From contig OZ241875.1 of NCBI GenBank assembly GCA_965203325.1, forward strand, positions 1,536,001 through 1,600,000: 64,000 bases of DNA. Reading direction: 5' to 3'. Positions 40,728 through 50,789 of the stretch are shown here, piece by piece; position 1 is the stretch's first letter, and each line of letters begins with the position of its first letter. Under the pieces are notes generated by a model that did not search any database, was not told the DNA's origin, and was given only the letters and a program-made list of their open reading frames with translations. The translations under genes were made by a program, and so were the position numbers. Source of the DNA: a bacterium (lineage in GTDB: Bacteria > UBA8248).

Positions 40728-41360
40728 ATGGAGCAGACGACAGCGTCCAGGATAGAAACGAAAGAAGAGCTTCGCGAGTTCTACGGCCCGGCCAACGAGC
40801 GCAGCGTCAAGAAGCAGATGGCGAAGCTCGACGAGCACGCCAGGAATTTCATCGCGCTCTCTCCTTTCATGGTCATCTCCTCCGCCACGCCGGACGGCGC
40901 GGACGCATCTCCTAAAGGGGATCCGCCCGGATTCGTCAAGGTGATCGACGAGAGCACGCTGATCATCCCCGACAGGCCGGGCAACAACCGCGTCGACACC
41001 ATGAGCAACATCGTGGAGAACAACCACGTCGGCCTCCTCTTCCTCGTACCCGGCATGTGCGAGACGCTGCGCGTGAACGGGCGGGCGCGCATCACGACGG
41101 ACCCCGAAGTCCTCGAACCGCACTCGGTGAAGGGCCGGCCCCCCCGGTCGGCGATGATCGTCGACGTGGACGACGTGTATCTCCACTGCGGAAAGGCGCT
41201 CATCCGCGCGGACCTCTGGAACGCGGAAAAACACATCGAGAGAAAGTCTTTTCCCTCGATGGGCCAGATGCTCTCCGATCAGATAGCCGAAGACGGCTAC
41301 GGCGACGGAGAGGAAATGGACAAGGGCATCCAGGAGAGGTACAAGACGGGCCTCTATTAG
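40728..41360 (+). CDS. Pyridoxamine 5'-phosphate oxidase-like (split-barrel flavin-binding) protein
   Basis: Motifs DASPKGDPPGFV, PDRPGNNR, LLFLVPG and YLHCGKA. Confidence 0.88.
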   Translation: MEQTTASRIETKEELREFYGPANERSVKKQMAKLDEHARNFIALSPFMVISSATPDGADASPKGDPPGFVKVIDESTLIIPDRPGNNRVDTMSNIVENNHVGLLFLVPGMCETLRVNGRARITTDPEVLEPHSVKGRPPRSAMIVDVDDVYLHCGKALIRADLWNAEKHIERKSFPSMGQMLSDQIAEDGYGDGEEMDKGIQERYKTGLY

Positions 41361-41420
41361 CCACAAGCAGGGCGGACGCACGGATCCGCCTCTGATAAAA
41401 CATTGCGTTTTCGTTTCTCC

Positions 41421-41444
41421 GTAGGGGCGCTTCGCGAAGCGCCC
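41421..41444. repeat. GTAG-family REP
   Basis: GTAGGGGCGCTTCGCGAAGCGCCC, near-identical to the copies at 10011 and 11762. Confidence 0.8.
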
Positions 41445-41458
41445 AACCCCTCCGACAA

Positions 41459-41788
41459 GGGGCTGTTGAAATAGTCCTCTTCAGTTGGTATTCACCACCG
41501 TCGTCATTCCGGCAATCAATGCCGACTGAGGAGGGAGGGATTGCCCGGAATCCATTTTCAAGCAGAATGACAATACGCCGGCTTTTCATCTCCCCGTCAT
41601 TGGCGGGAACCAATCAGAAAATAAAATACAAAACCAACCCCCCCCTACCCCCCCTTGTCAGGGGGGTATGAAAAGGCGACGGCCGCCACCGGTAGAGGGG
41701 CATTTGTTTTTTCTTGCCCCCCTGACAAGGGGGGGTAGGGGGGGTTGCCTTTATCCCCTGAGGAGGGGGACTTTTTCAACAACTCCCC
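41459..41788. mobile_element. MITE-like element (same family as 36061-36322)
   Basis: GGGGCTGTTGAAA...TTTTTCAACAACTCCC ends; internal GTCATTCCG unit and an inverted G/C-tract pair. Confidence 0.75.
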
Positions 41789-41802
41789 TCAGTCGGGACT
41801 GA

Positions 41803-43719
41803 CTAATGCGTTTCTCTTAGATAAACGACCGCAAGCGGCGGCAGTGTGATCTCTATCGAATAGGGCTGGTCATTCAGGGGCGCCGCCGCCGCGTGGCAGC
41901 CATCCGGATTTCCCATACCGCTGCCCCCGTAGGTTTCCGCATCGCTGTTCAGCACCTCGATCCAATCGCCGTCGGCGGGAACGCCCATCCGGTAGTGCAT
42001 CCGGGGCACGGGCGTCAGGTTCGCCGCCACGAGCAGCATGGGCTCATCCTCCGTGGCGATCCGCACGAACCCCAGCACACTGTCATCGGCCGCATCCGCC
42101 GCCACCCACTTGAAGCCGCTCGGGTCGTAATCCCTCCGGAACAGGGCGCGCTCCTGATGGTACAAGGCGTTCAGGTCGCGCACCCACTTCATCAGCCCCG
42201 CCCTCAGCGGCTCCTGGGTCAAATCCCAGTCGAGCGCGCCGTCGTGGTTCCATTCGCGCCACTGGCCGAATTCACCGCCCATGAAGAGGAGCTTCTTGCC
42301 GGGCTGGGCGAACATCAGCCCGTAGAGCGCGCGAAGGTTCGCGAATTTCCGTCCGTTATCTCCCGGCATCTTCCCGAGCAGGGAACTCTTGCCGTGCACC
42401 ACCTCGTCGTGGGAGAGCGGCAGCACGAAATTCTCGTTATAGGCATAGAGCATCCGGAACGTGAGCAGTTTGTGATGAAATTTCCGGTGGACGGGGTCTT
42501 TTTTCATGTACGCGAGCGAGTCGTGCATCCAGCCCATGTCCCACTTCATGCCGAAACCCAGGCCCCCCGTATCCACGGGTCTCGATACCATCGGCCAGGC
42601 GGTCGATTCTTCCGCGATGGTCTGCACGTCGGGAAACCGGCGATAGACCTCGGTGTTCAGCCGCCTGAGGAAAGAAATGGCATCGAGATTCTCCCGGCCC
42701 CCCTCTTCGTTGGGAAGCCACTCGCCCTCTTTCCTCGAATAATCGAGATAGAGCATCGAGGCCACGCCGTCGACGCGCAGCCCGTCGGCGTGGAAAATTT
42801 CGAGCCAGTACAGGGCGCTGTTTATCAGGAAGGCGGCGACTTCGTTACGCCCGTAATTGAAGATGTGGCTTTGCCAGTCGGGATGAAACCCCCGCCGGGG
42901 GTCGGCGTGCTCGAAGAGATGGGTCCCGTCGAAAAAGCCCAGCCCGTGCCCGTCCGTGGGAAAGTGCGAGGGCACCCAGTCGAGTATCACGCCCAGGCCG
43001 CGCTGGTGGAGATAATCGATGAGATACATCAAGTCCTGAGGCGTCCCGAAGCGGCTCGTGGGCGAGAAGTAACCCGTGATCTGATATCCCCATGAGCCGT
43101 TGAAGGGGTGTTCCATCACCGGGAGAAACTCGACGTGGGTGAACCCCATGTGGAGCATGTGCTCGGCGAGTTGGGGGGCGAGTTCCCGGTAGGTGAGCGG
43201 GCGATCTTCTTCATGCGGCGCCCGTCTCCAGGAGCCGATATGAAGCTCATAGATGGAGATGGGGGCTTCGCGGCCGTTGCACGCTCCCCGGCACTCCATC
43301 CAGTTTCCATCCCCCCATTCGTAGTCGAGGTCCCAGACGACCGAGCCGCTCTTGGGAGGAACCTCGCTGTAGAACCCGAAAGGATCCGCCTTTTCCACGC
43401 GGTAATCGCCGAACTGCGAATGAATCCGGTATTTGTAGACCTCACCCGTCCCCACGCCCGGGATGAACCCCGCCCATATTCCCGAGCTTTCCACCGGAGC
43501 CAGCGCGTGGCTCTCCTCGTCCCAGCCGTTGAAATCCCCGATGACGCTCACCGAATCCGCATTCGGCGCCCATACGGCGAAGTGAACGCCCTCCTCCCCG
43601 TCCACCGTCATCGGATGCGCGCCCATTTTTTCGTACAAGGTGAAGTGCGAGCCCTGGTTGAACAGGTAAATGTCGTAATCCGTGATGTAGGAAAGCGCGG
43701 GGTAGCGGACGACGCTCAT
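41803..43719 (-). CDS. glgB: 1,4-alpha-glucan branching enzyme
   Basis: Motifs FAVWAPNA, SWGYQ, GLRVDGVASMLY and LPLSHDEVVHGK. Confidence 0.97.
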   Translation of the reverse strand: MSVVRYPALSYITDYDIYLFNQGSHFTLYEKMGAHPMTVDGEEGVHFAVWAPNADSVSVIGDFNGWDEESHALAPVESSGIWAGFIPGVGTGEVYKYRIHSQFGDYRVEKADPFGFYSEVPPKSGSVVWDLDYEWGDGNWMECRGACNGREAPISIYELHIGSWRRAPHEEDRPLTYRELAPQLAEHMLHMGFTHVEFLPVMEHPFNGSWGYQITGYFSPTSRFGTPQDLMYLIDYLHQRGLGVILDWVPSHFPTDGHGLGFFDGTHLFEHADPRRGFHPDWQSHIFNYGRNEVAAFLINSALYWLEIFHADGLRVDGVASMLYLDYSRKEGEWLPNEEGGRENLDAISFLRRLNTEVYRRFPDVQTIAEESTAWPMVSRPVDTGGLGFGMKWDMGWMHDSLAYMKKDPVHRKFHHKLLTFRMLYAYNENFVLPLSHDEVVHGKSSLLGKMPGDNGRKFANLRALYGLMFAQPGKKLLFMGGEFGQWREWNHDGALDWDLTQEPLRAGLMKWVRDLNALYHQERALFRRDYDPSGFKWVAADAADDSVLGFVRIATEDEPMLLVAANLTPVPRMHYRMGVPADGDWIEVLNSDAETYGGSGMGNPDGCHAAAAPLNDQPYSIEITLPPLAVVYLRETH

Positions 43720-45854
43720 AGGATCGTTTCCCCCTGCGCCACGGGCGATTCGTTGCGAACTCTCAGCAAGGCCAGGGTCTCTCCGGCGAGGAGGTAGGAA
43801 TCGCCCGAGTGAATCCGCCAGTTCCAGCCTTTTTCATCGACCTGAGACGTATCCATCACGACGGTCCATCTCTTCATTCTGTCTTCTTCGAGGAAAACGA
43901 AGGGTATCGCTTCATGATGGGCGTTCATGAGCACGAGGAAGGTATCACGATTCACATGCTCGTGCCGAGAAAAAAGATTTCCTTCCCGCGCTCCCCACAA
44001 CCTGAAACCCAGACACTTCATGTAATTTACATCCCACTCATTCGCTCCCAACTCATGACCCAAGTGGTGAAGCCAGACGAGCTCGGGTTTTTCCGCCTCG
44101 GCCTGGCTTTGTTGCGGGAAAAACGCCGTGCGCCGAAACGCCTGCCGGGCCCCTCTCCAACGGATGAGGTTTTTCACGAAAAAAAGCAGATTTCCGTTTT
44201 TTTCAACCAAAGCCCAGTCCACCCAGGAGGTCTCGTTGTCCTGGCAATAGGCGTTGTTGTTCCCCGACTGCGTGCGCCCGAACTCGTCTCCCGCCTGGAG
44301 CATCGGCACGCCCTGGGCGAGAAACAGGCTCGCGAGCAGATTCTTCTTGCGCCGCGCGCGCATGGTCGATACGAAGGGGTCGTCCGTCGGGCCCTCCACC
44401 CCGCCGTTCCAGCTATGGTCCTCATCCGCGCCGTCGTTGTTGCCCTCCCTGTTCGCATCATTGTGCTTGTGCTGAAAGCTCACCAGATCCTCGAGCGTGA
44501 ACCCGTCGTGACAGGCGATGAAATTGAGGCTGGCTTGCGGGGCCCGCCCGCCGGTCTCGAAAACGTCGCTGCTCCCCGTCACGCGCGTGGCGAACTCCGC
44601 CGCCTGGTCGAAATCCGCGCGCCAGAACCGGCGCGCCGCATCCCGGAACTTCCCGTTCCACTCCGTCCAGCCTTTCGGGAAATTCCCCAGTTGATAGCCC
44701 TTCTCGCCCAAATCCCAGGGTTCGGCGATGAGCTTGCGCTTCGAGAGAACAGAGTCGTCCGCGACCGCCCTGAAAAACGCGGATTCGGGGTCGAAGCCCC
44801 TCTCCGTCCGCGCGAGAGTGGGAGCGAGGTCGAACCGGAAACCGTCGACGTGAAACTCCTCCGCCCAGCAGCGCAGGCTGTCCACGATGAGGCGCAGGAC
44901 CGCCGGATGCGAGGCGTTCAGCGAATTGCCGCAGCCGGTGGTGTCGACGTAGCGGCTCCCATCCCTCGGATCCAAGCGGTAATAGGCCCTGTTGTCGAGC
45001 CCGCGAAAAGAGAGGTGCGACCCCCGGAACCCCCCCTCCCCGGTGTGGTTGTAGGCCACGTCGAGAATCACCTCGATTCCCGCGCGGTGATACGTCTTCA
45101 CCAATTCCTTGAACTCATCGACCTGCCCGCCCCGATCGCCGCGGCTGGAGAAGCGCGCATCGGGCGCGAAAAAGCCGAGCGTCGCGTACCCCCAATAATT
45201 GGAAAGCCCCAGCATCTGGAGACGCTGCTCCGAGACCCGGTGATGTACGGGCAAAAGCTCGATAGCCGTCACGCCCAGATCTTTCAGGTATTCGACCACG
45301 GACGGGTGGGCCAGGCCCGAATACGTGCCCCGGAGCTCTTCTGGCACGTCGGGATGCCGCATGGTGAAGCCCTTGACGTGCAGCTCGTATACGACGGTCT
45401 CGGACCAGGACGTCCCGGGCGGGGAGACGTCCTCCCAATCGAAGGAAGAATCCACGAGCACGCTCTTGGGCGCCGCGTGGGCGTTGTCCCTTGCATCGAA
45501 ATGGTGGATGTCGCCATCCCGGTAGGCGTACATCTCCTCGCACCAGTGAACCTCGCCCGCAATCGCCCGCGCATACGGGTCCAGCAGCACCTTGTAACCG
45601 TTGAAGCGATGCCCATGCGCGGGGTCATAAGGGCCGTGGACGCGGAATCCATAGGGCAGGCCCGCCCCCAAGCCTTCCACCTCCGCGCGCCAGACGTCGC
45701 CATGCCTTTCGAGAGGGACACGCGCCGTCTCCCTGCCGGGGTCATCCGGGTCGAACAGGCAAAGCTCGACCCCCTCCGCGTGCTCCGAGAAAAGGGAAAA
45801 CCGCACGCCCCCATCCATCCACTCGGCGCCCAGGCGCCCTTCCGGCTGACTCAT
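43716..45854 (-). CDS. glgX: Glycogen debranching enzyme
   Basis: Motifs NYWGY, DGFRFDLA, IAEPWD, ACHDGFTL and GNNNAYCQDN. Confidence 0.96.
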   Translation of the reverse strand: MSQPEGRLGAEWMDGGVRFSLFSEHAEGVELCLFDPDDPGRETARVPLERHGDVWRAEVEGLGAGLPYGFRVHGPYDPAHGHRFNGYKVLLDPYARAIAGEVHWCEEMYAYRDGDIHHFDARDNAHAAPKSVLVDSSFDWEDVSPPGTSWSETVVYELHVKGFTMRHPDVPEELRGTYSGLAHPSVVEYLKDLGVTAIELLPVHHRVSEQRLQMLGLSNYWGYATLGFFAPDARFSSRGDRGGQVDEFKELVKTYHRAGIEVILDVAYNHTGEGGFRGSHLSFRGLDNRAYYRLDPRDGSRYVDTTGCGNSLNASHPAVLRLIVDSLRCWAEEFHVDGFRFDLAPTLARTERGFDPESAFFRAVADDSVLSKRKLIAEPWDLGEKGYQLGNFPKGWTEWNGKFRDAARRFWRADFDQAAEFATRVTGSSDVFETGGRAPQASLNFIACHDGFTLEDLVSFQHKHNDANREGNNDGADEDHSWNGGVEGPTDDPFVSTMRARRKKNLLASLFLAQGVPMLQAGDEFGRTQSGNNNAYCQDNETSWVDWALVEKNGNLLFFVKNLIRWRGARQAFRRTAFFPQQSQAEAEKPELVWLHHLGHELGANEWDVNYMKCLGFRLWGAREGNLFSRHEHVNRDTFLVLMNAHHEAIPFVFLEEDRMKRWTVVMDTSQVDEKGWNWRIHSGDSYLLAGETLALLRVRNESPVAQGETIL

Positions 45855-46118
45855 CTTTCCCCCGCCTGAAAAATTTCATCCCTCACGATGCGCAAAATCG
45901 CGAGCCGTCAAACGCATTCACCATGCGAAGGATCATCATACCCGATTTTTGTTGTGGTTTTATTACACGGACCGTCAAAAACCGGGTTGAATCGCCCTTC
46001 GCCTGTTTCAAGGCTTTTGCGGCGCCCGGCTCCGCTTCACCTTTTCCCCGGATAAGCTGTAGAATCGCCGCGTCCACCGGGAGGTCGAAACGTCGAATCC
46101 ACGCCGAAGGAGAGCGCC

Positions 46119-47288
46119 TTGAAGATCATCGATATCCGCGAGACGGTGGTTCCCATTCAATCGGACCTGAGAAACGCGTTCATCGATTTTTCCCTGATGA
46201 CGGTGAGCGTCGCCGCCCTCGTCACGGACGTGGTGCGCGACGGGAGGCGCGTCGTCGGCTTCGGCTTCAACTCGAACGGACGCTACGCCCAGCAGGGGCT
46301 TTTGCGCGAGCGCTTCATCCCCAGGCTCAGAGAAGCGGCGCCCGAGTCGCTGCTGAACGAGGCGGAATCGAACTTCGAGCCCGCCAGAATCTGGGACTGC
46401 ATGATGAAGAACGAAAAGCCCGGCGGGCACGGCGACCGCTCCGTCGCCGTGGGCATCATCGACATGGCGGTCTGGGACATGGTGGCCAAAATCGAGGAAA
46501 AACCGCTCTACCGCCATCTGGCGGATACCTATCGCGACGGAGAGTGCGATGAGAAGGTATCCGTCTACGCCGCAGGCGGCTATTACTATCCGGGCAAGGA
46601 CCTGAAAGCCCTCCAGAACGAGATGCGAAGCTATCTCGATCGCGGCTACACCACGGTGAAAATGAAGATAGGCGGCGAATCGCTCGACGACGATATCCGG
46701 AGAATCGAGGCGGTGCTCGAGGTCGTGGGCGAGGGCCGGAACCTGGCGGTGGACGCCAACGGGAAATTCGATCTCGAAACCGCCGTCGCCTACGCGGAGG
46801 CGCTGGCGCCCTACAATCTGCATTGGTACGAGGAGGCGGGCGACCCGCTCGATTACGCGCTTCAGGCCGAACTCGCCAAACACTACGACAACCCCATGGC
46901 GACGGGCGAGAACCTCTTCTCCACCCAGGATGCGAGAAACCTGATCCGCTACGGGGGGATGCGGCCGGGCGTGGACATCCTGCAGTTCGACTGCGCTTTG
47001 AGCTACGGCCTGGTGGAATACCTTAGAACGCTCGATATGGCGGAGGAACACGGCTGGTCGTCCCGCTCGTTCATCCCCCACGGCGGACACCAGCTCTCGC
47101 TCAACATCGCGGGCGGGCTGGGCCTGGGAGGCAGCGAGTCCTACCCCGACGTGTTCAAGCCCTTCAACGGCTTCGCCGACTCCGTGGCGGTGGAAGACGG
47201 CTACGTCGGCTTTCCCGACCTGCCGGGCCTCGGCATCGAGGACAAGGCGGCTCTCAAGGACGTGCTGAGGGAGTTGTCTGAAACTTGA
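46119..47288 (+). CDS. Enolase-superfamily dehydratase, D-tartrate dehydratase (TarD)-like
   Basis: Motifs RNAFIDFS.MT.S, GFNSNGRY, KMKIGG, AVDANG, ATGENLF and PHGGH; TTG start after GGAG. Confidence 0.85.
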   Translation: MKIIDIRETVVPIQSDLRNAFIDFSLMTVSVAALVTDVVRDGRRVVGFGFNSNGRYAQQGLLRERFIPRLREAAPESLLNEAESNFEPARIWDCMMKNEKPGGHGDRSVAVGIIDMAVWDMVAKIEEKPLYRHLADTYRDGECDEKVSVYAAGGYYYPGKDLKALQNEMRSYLDRGYTTVKMKIGGESLDDDIRRIEAVLEVVGEGRNLAVDANGKFDLETAVAYAEALAPYNLHWYEEAGDPLDYALQAELAKHYDNPMATGENLFSTQDARNLIRYGGMRPGVDILQFDCALSYGLVEYLRTLDMAEEHGWSSRSFIPHGGHQLSLNIAGGLGLGGSESYPDVFKPFNGFADSVAVEDGYVGFPDLPGLGIEDKAALKDVLRELSET

Positions 47289-47305
47289 ACCCGGGCATCA
47301 CCTCT

Positions 47306-48610
47306 TCACGACACACGAAGCGCGACGCGGTGCATCGTGTTGTTGAGGTATCCCCTCGGGTTCCAGTCGATGGCGTGGGGCTGCATCACCCCCGCGCTGT
47401 CCGTCGCCCGCGCCCAGATCTCGTAGTACCCGGCTTCGGGCAGCCTTACGTCGGCGCGGAAGTTCTGCCAGGCGCCGTCGTTCACGGGGGCGTCCAGCGC
47501 AGCCGGCCTCCAGGTCGCGCCGAAGTCATGGGAGAGGTCGACCGCCGCGACCGTCCGGTCTCCCGACCAGGCATGGCCGCGCACCTCTACGGCGCGCCCC
47601 GCCGCCGCTCCGTTCGCGGGGTGGGTGATCAGCGATTTGACGGGCATCCGCTCGATGATGACGAAATCTTTCTCCTCGACCTTCTCGCCCGGCTCGATCC
47701 TGTATCGCGGCACGCGGTAGGAGGCGCCGGTCATCTTGGGGCCGTCGTGCACGACGTCGCGGAGGTAGATGCGCCGCAGCCATTTCTGCGAGCACGACCC
47801 CGGCCAGCCGGGGACGACGAGCCGCAGCGGCGCCCCGTTCATCGAATGAATGGGGCCGCCGTTCTGGCCGAAGGCGATGAGCACGCCCTCCGTCATCGCC
47901 TTGGCGACCGGCACGCCGCGCGAGATGGGCAGCCTGCCCGGCTCACCGGAGAGGTCCCCGTCTGCGCCGACGTGGGCGGTGTAGACGACGCCGGGCCGCA
48001 CGCCGGCCGCCAAGAGCACGTCCTTGAGCCGTACCCCCGTCCACTGCGAACAGGCGACCGCCCCGTGGGTCCACTGGGTTCCTTTCACCGGCGGTTTGAA
48101 GAAGGCCCGCCCGTTGCCCCCGCATTCGATGACGAGGGCCTTCGTGACGACTTCGAACTTCGAGCGGAGCTCGGCGATCGACAAGGTCATGGGGCGCTCC
48201 ACGAGGCCATCGACGGTGAGGGTCCAGGCGTCCGCCGACGCTTCAGCGGGCGGAACGCCGTTGTTCCGAATGAAGTGGCGCGAAGTCGGGGTGATCGGGT
48301 CGTCGAGCAGATGCGGCGGAGTCTCGGCGTTCATCGGCCGCTCGTTCAGCAGCGTCAGGCCGTCCTTCCCGACCAGCACGCTCTCGTCAGCGAAAGCCGC
48401 CGGAATGAACCCCGCCGGCATGTTGCGGTGAAAGGGGATCGCCGCGCCCACCATCGCCGCCATGGCGGCAAGCCCTGCGCCGCGCAGAAAACCGCGCCGG
48501 TCGAGATACGACTTTCGCCCGAAGAAGGCATAATCCGCCGCCACCGGGTCCTCGGCGAAGAATTCGTGCATATCCGGGTTTTCAGAGGATGCGTATTCCT
48601 CTTTCGGCAT
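47306..48610 (-). CDS. Tat-exported molybdopterin sulfite oxidase-family protein (SorT/SoxC-like)
   Basis: DRRGFL Tat motif; HFIRNNG, ECGGNGR, WTGVRL, GAPLRLVVPGW and WNPRGY. Confidence 0.9.
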   Translation of the reverse strand: MPKEEYASSENPDMHEFFAEDPVAADYAFFGRKSYLDRRGFLRGAGLAAMAAMVGAAIPFHRNMPAGFIPAAFADESVLVGKDGLTLLNERPMNAETPPHLLDDPITPTSRHFIRNNGVPPAEASADAWTLTVDGLVERPMTLSIAELRSKFEVVTKALVIECGGNGRAFFKPPVKGTQWTHGAVACSQWTGVRLKDVLLAAGVRPGVVYTAHVGADGDLSGEPGRLPISRGVPVAKAMTEGVLIAFGQNGGPIHSMNGAPLRLVVPGWPGSCSQKWLRRIYLRDVVHDGPKMTGASYRVPRYRIEPGEKVEEKDFVIIERMPVKSLITHPANGAAAGRAVEVRGHAWSGDRTVAAVDLSHDFGATWRPAALDAPVNDGAWQNFRADVRLPEAGYYEIWARATDSAGVMQPHAIDWNPRGYLNNTMHRVALRVS

Positions 48611-48658
48611 GGCGTCCTCCTCTCGCGGACAACCGCTCAGAGAAAATCGCACTGAATT

Positions 48659-49663
48659 CTAGACGAACGCGGGCATCACCTCTTCGGCGAAGCGCTCGAG
48701 CGTCCTCAGGACGAGTTCCTGCGGCATCCCCGGCCACTGGACGCGGAACGCCATGTGGTCGACGCCCAGTTCGTCGCGGTGGCGTGCGATGTCCTCGGCC
48801 ACGTCCTCCGCCGAGCCGATGAGGAACCTGTCGGAGCGAAGCTCGTCGAGCGGCATCCGTAGCGTGTCGCTGCTCGGCAGCGCCTCGCTCTGGCCCCACT
48901 TCACGTAGACGTCGTATTTCACCGCCAGATAATCCGCGCATTCGCGAAAGGCGCTCTCCCTGTCCTCGCCGATGAACATCTCCTTGATCACTGGCATCGC
49001 ATCGGGCGCGCCTTTTCCTGCAGCTTCGCGCTCTTCGTGGAACATCTCCATCTGGCGCTTCAAGGTGTCGAAGCGCGCATGGGGGTTCAGGAACCAGGCC
49101 TCTCCCATCCTGGCCGCGCGCTTCACCGCGCCGTCGCCGTTCGCCGCTATCCAGATGGGCGGTCTGGGCCGTTGGATGGGCCGCATGGTGAGATTTACGT
49201 CTTCGAGTTGGACGACCTCGCCTTCATAATCGAGCGTCCCCTCTTCGAGCAGGCGGGTGACGGCTTCGAGTTTCTCTTCGAACGCCTTCACGCGCCAGGG
49301 TTTCGTGAGGCCGAACGCGCGGTATTCGGGCTCGCGGTAGCCCAGCCCCACGCCGAGGACGAAGCGGCCCTTCGTCATGGCGTCGAGCGTGGCGACCTGT
49401 TCGGCCACGTCCACCGGGTTGTGGAGCGCGAGCAGGAGGATGCCCGTGCCGACGGTCATATCGCCCGCGTGGGCCGCCACCTGGGCGACGCTCGGCCAGG
49501 TCTGCATCATCCACACGCCCTCGGTGAGGTAGTGCTGGCCGCACCACACGCTGTGAAATCCCAGGTCTCTAATGAGGCGTACCTGCGCGAGATGCTCCTC
49601 CCAGCGCTCTGCAGGGTCGTCCCCCAGGGCGTGCTGGTTCATGACGAACATGCCGAATTTCAT
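48659..49663 (-). CDS. LLM-class flavin-dependent oxidoreductase
   Basis: Motifs GFHSVWCGQH, AEQVATLD..KGRFVLGVGLGY and PIQRPRPPIWIA. Confidence 0.88.
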   Translation of the reverse strand: MKFGMFVMNQHALGDDPAERWEEHLAQVRLIRDLGFHSVWCGQHYLTEGVWMMQTWPSVAQVAAHAGDMTVGTGILLLALHNPVDVAEQVATLDAMTKGRFVLGVGLGYREPEYRAFGLTKPWRVKAFEEKLEAVTRLLEEGTLDYEGEVVQLEDVNLTMRPIQRPRPPIWIAANGDGAVKRAARMGEAWFLNPHARFDTLKRQMEMFHEEREAAGKGAPDAMPVIKEMFIGEDRESAFRECADYLAVKYDVYVKWGQSEALPSSDTLRMPLDELRSDRFLIGSAEDVAEDIARHRDELGVDHMAFRVQWPGMPQELVLRTLERFAEEVMPAFV

Positions 49664-49687
49664 ATCATCCTCGCTCGTGTTTACGAA

Positions 49688-50593
49688 TCAATCCTTGGTT
49701 CCGAAAGCATCGGCCAGGGCGATGACTTTCTCCGCCGCCTCGACCACCGGATAGTCGATCATGCGCCCGCCGACGGAGACGCTCGCCTCCCCGCGCGCCG
49801 TCGCCTCCTCGAATGCCACCACCACCTCGCGCGCCTTTTCGACCTCCTCCTGCGTCGGCGTGAACGCGTGGTTCACGATTTCCACCTGCCTGGGGTGGAT
49901 GCAGAACTTGCCGAACATGCCGAGCGCGCGGCATCTGTCCGCGCTGGCGGCGAGTCCCTCCTGATCGTCCAGGGCAATCCACACCGTGTCGAGCGGCTTT
50001 TCAAGGCCCGCGGAGCGCGAGGCCACCGCGATGCGTGAGCGTGGGTAGTCGAAGGTGAACTCATCGCGCGGCCACTCGACGTCCAGATCGTTGGTGTAAT
50101 CCCCCGCCCCGAAGGCGAGCTGGAATCGCCGCTCCCCCGTATCGGCGGAGGCGATGGCGAAGGCGTCCTCCACGCCCCGGGCGTTCTCGAGGATGGCGAG
50201 CAGGTGCACGCTCCCCGCTTCACAGCCCGCCTCTCTCTCCGCGTCGCGAAGCAGCCTGTCCGCCGCGAGTATCTGCCCGGCGTTCTCCGCCTTGGGCAGC
50301 ACGATTCCCCGGAGCGCCGGCCCCACGACGGCCGCGATGTCCTCTGGCCCGCAGGCGATCGAAAAACCCGTCACGTCGTCCAGAGGATTCACGCGCACGA
50401 AAACGTCCGCCCCGTCTTCTTCGGCTATCGTCTTGACCGCCGCACCGAGCGCATTCCGCGTCGATTTCTTCTCATCGGCGGGCACGGCGTCTTCCAGGTC
50501 CAGAACGACGGCGTCGGCCCCGGCCTTGCCCACCTTCGCGAGCATTCTCTCCCTGTTACCGGGAGCGAACAGAATCGTCCGGTAGAGTTTCAT
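49688..50593 (-). CDS. CitE-like CoA-ester lyase (HpcH/HpaI aldolase/citrate lyase family)
   Basis: Motifs RTILFAPG, DLEDAV, VRVN, LPKAE, IHPRQV and GRMIDYP. Confidence 0.9.
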   Translation of the reverse strand: MKLYRTILFAPGNRERMLAKVGKAGADAVVLDLEDAVPADEKKSTRNALGAAVKTIAEEDGADVFVRVNPLDDVTGFSIACGPEDIAAVVGPALRGIVLPKAENAGQILAADRLLRDAEREAGCEAGSVHLLAILENARGVEDAFAIASADTGERRFQLAFGAGDYTNDLDVEWPRDEFTFDYPRSRIAVASRSAGLEKPLDTVWIALDDQEGLAASADRCRALGMFGKFCIHPRQVEIVNHAFTPTQEEVEKAREVVVAFEEATARGEASVSVGGRMIDYPVVEAAEKVIALADAFGTKD

Positions 50594-50789
50594 GAAAATC
50601 TCCTTCTCGTTCATCGTCTCAGGTGATGTGCTTTTACCCTTGATGGCGGCTCTTGCCAAGCGATAGAGACCGCCCCGGCACACTATGGGCGTCCGCCGCG
50701 CTTCGGGACGAACGCCCGCTTTCGTTTCGGCTCCCCTGCTACCTGGAATATAATCGCGCCAAAAATAACCCCATTTACGGAGCCTCCCC

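Noticed and set aside
40628..41800. tRNA-Cys as a genomic island integration site
   Set aside because: No integrase, no duplicated tRNA 3' end seen, and the downstream genes look like core genes.
43809..45869. Long antisense ORFs (e.g. 686 aa opposite glgX, 495 aa opposite DUF1302, 427 aa opposite thiC)
   Set aside because: Expected stop-poor shadows in high-GC coding DNA; no recognisable motifs.
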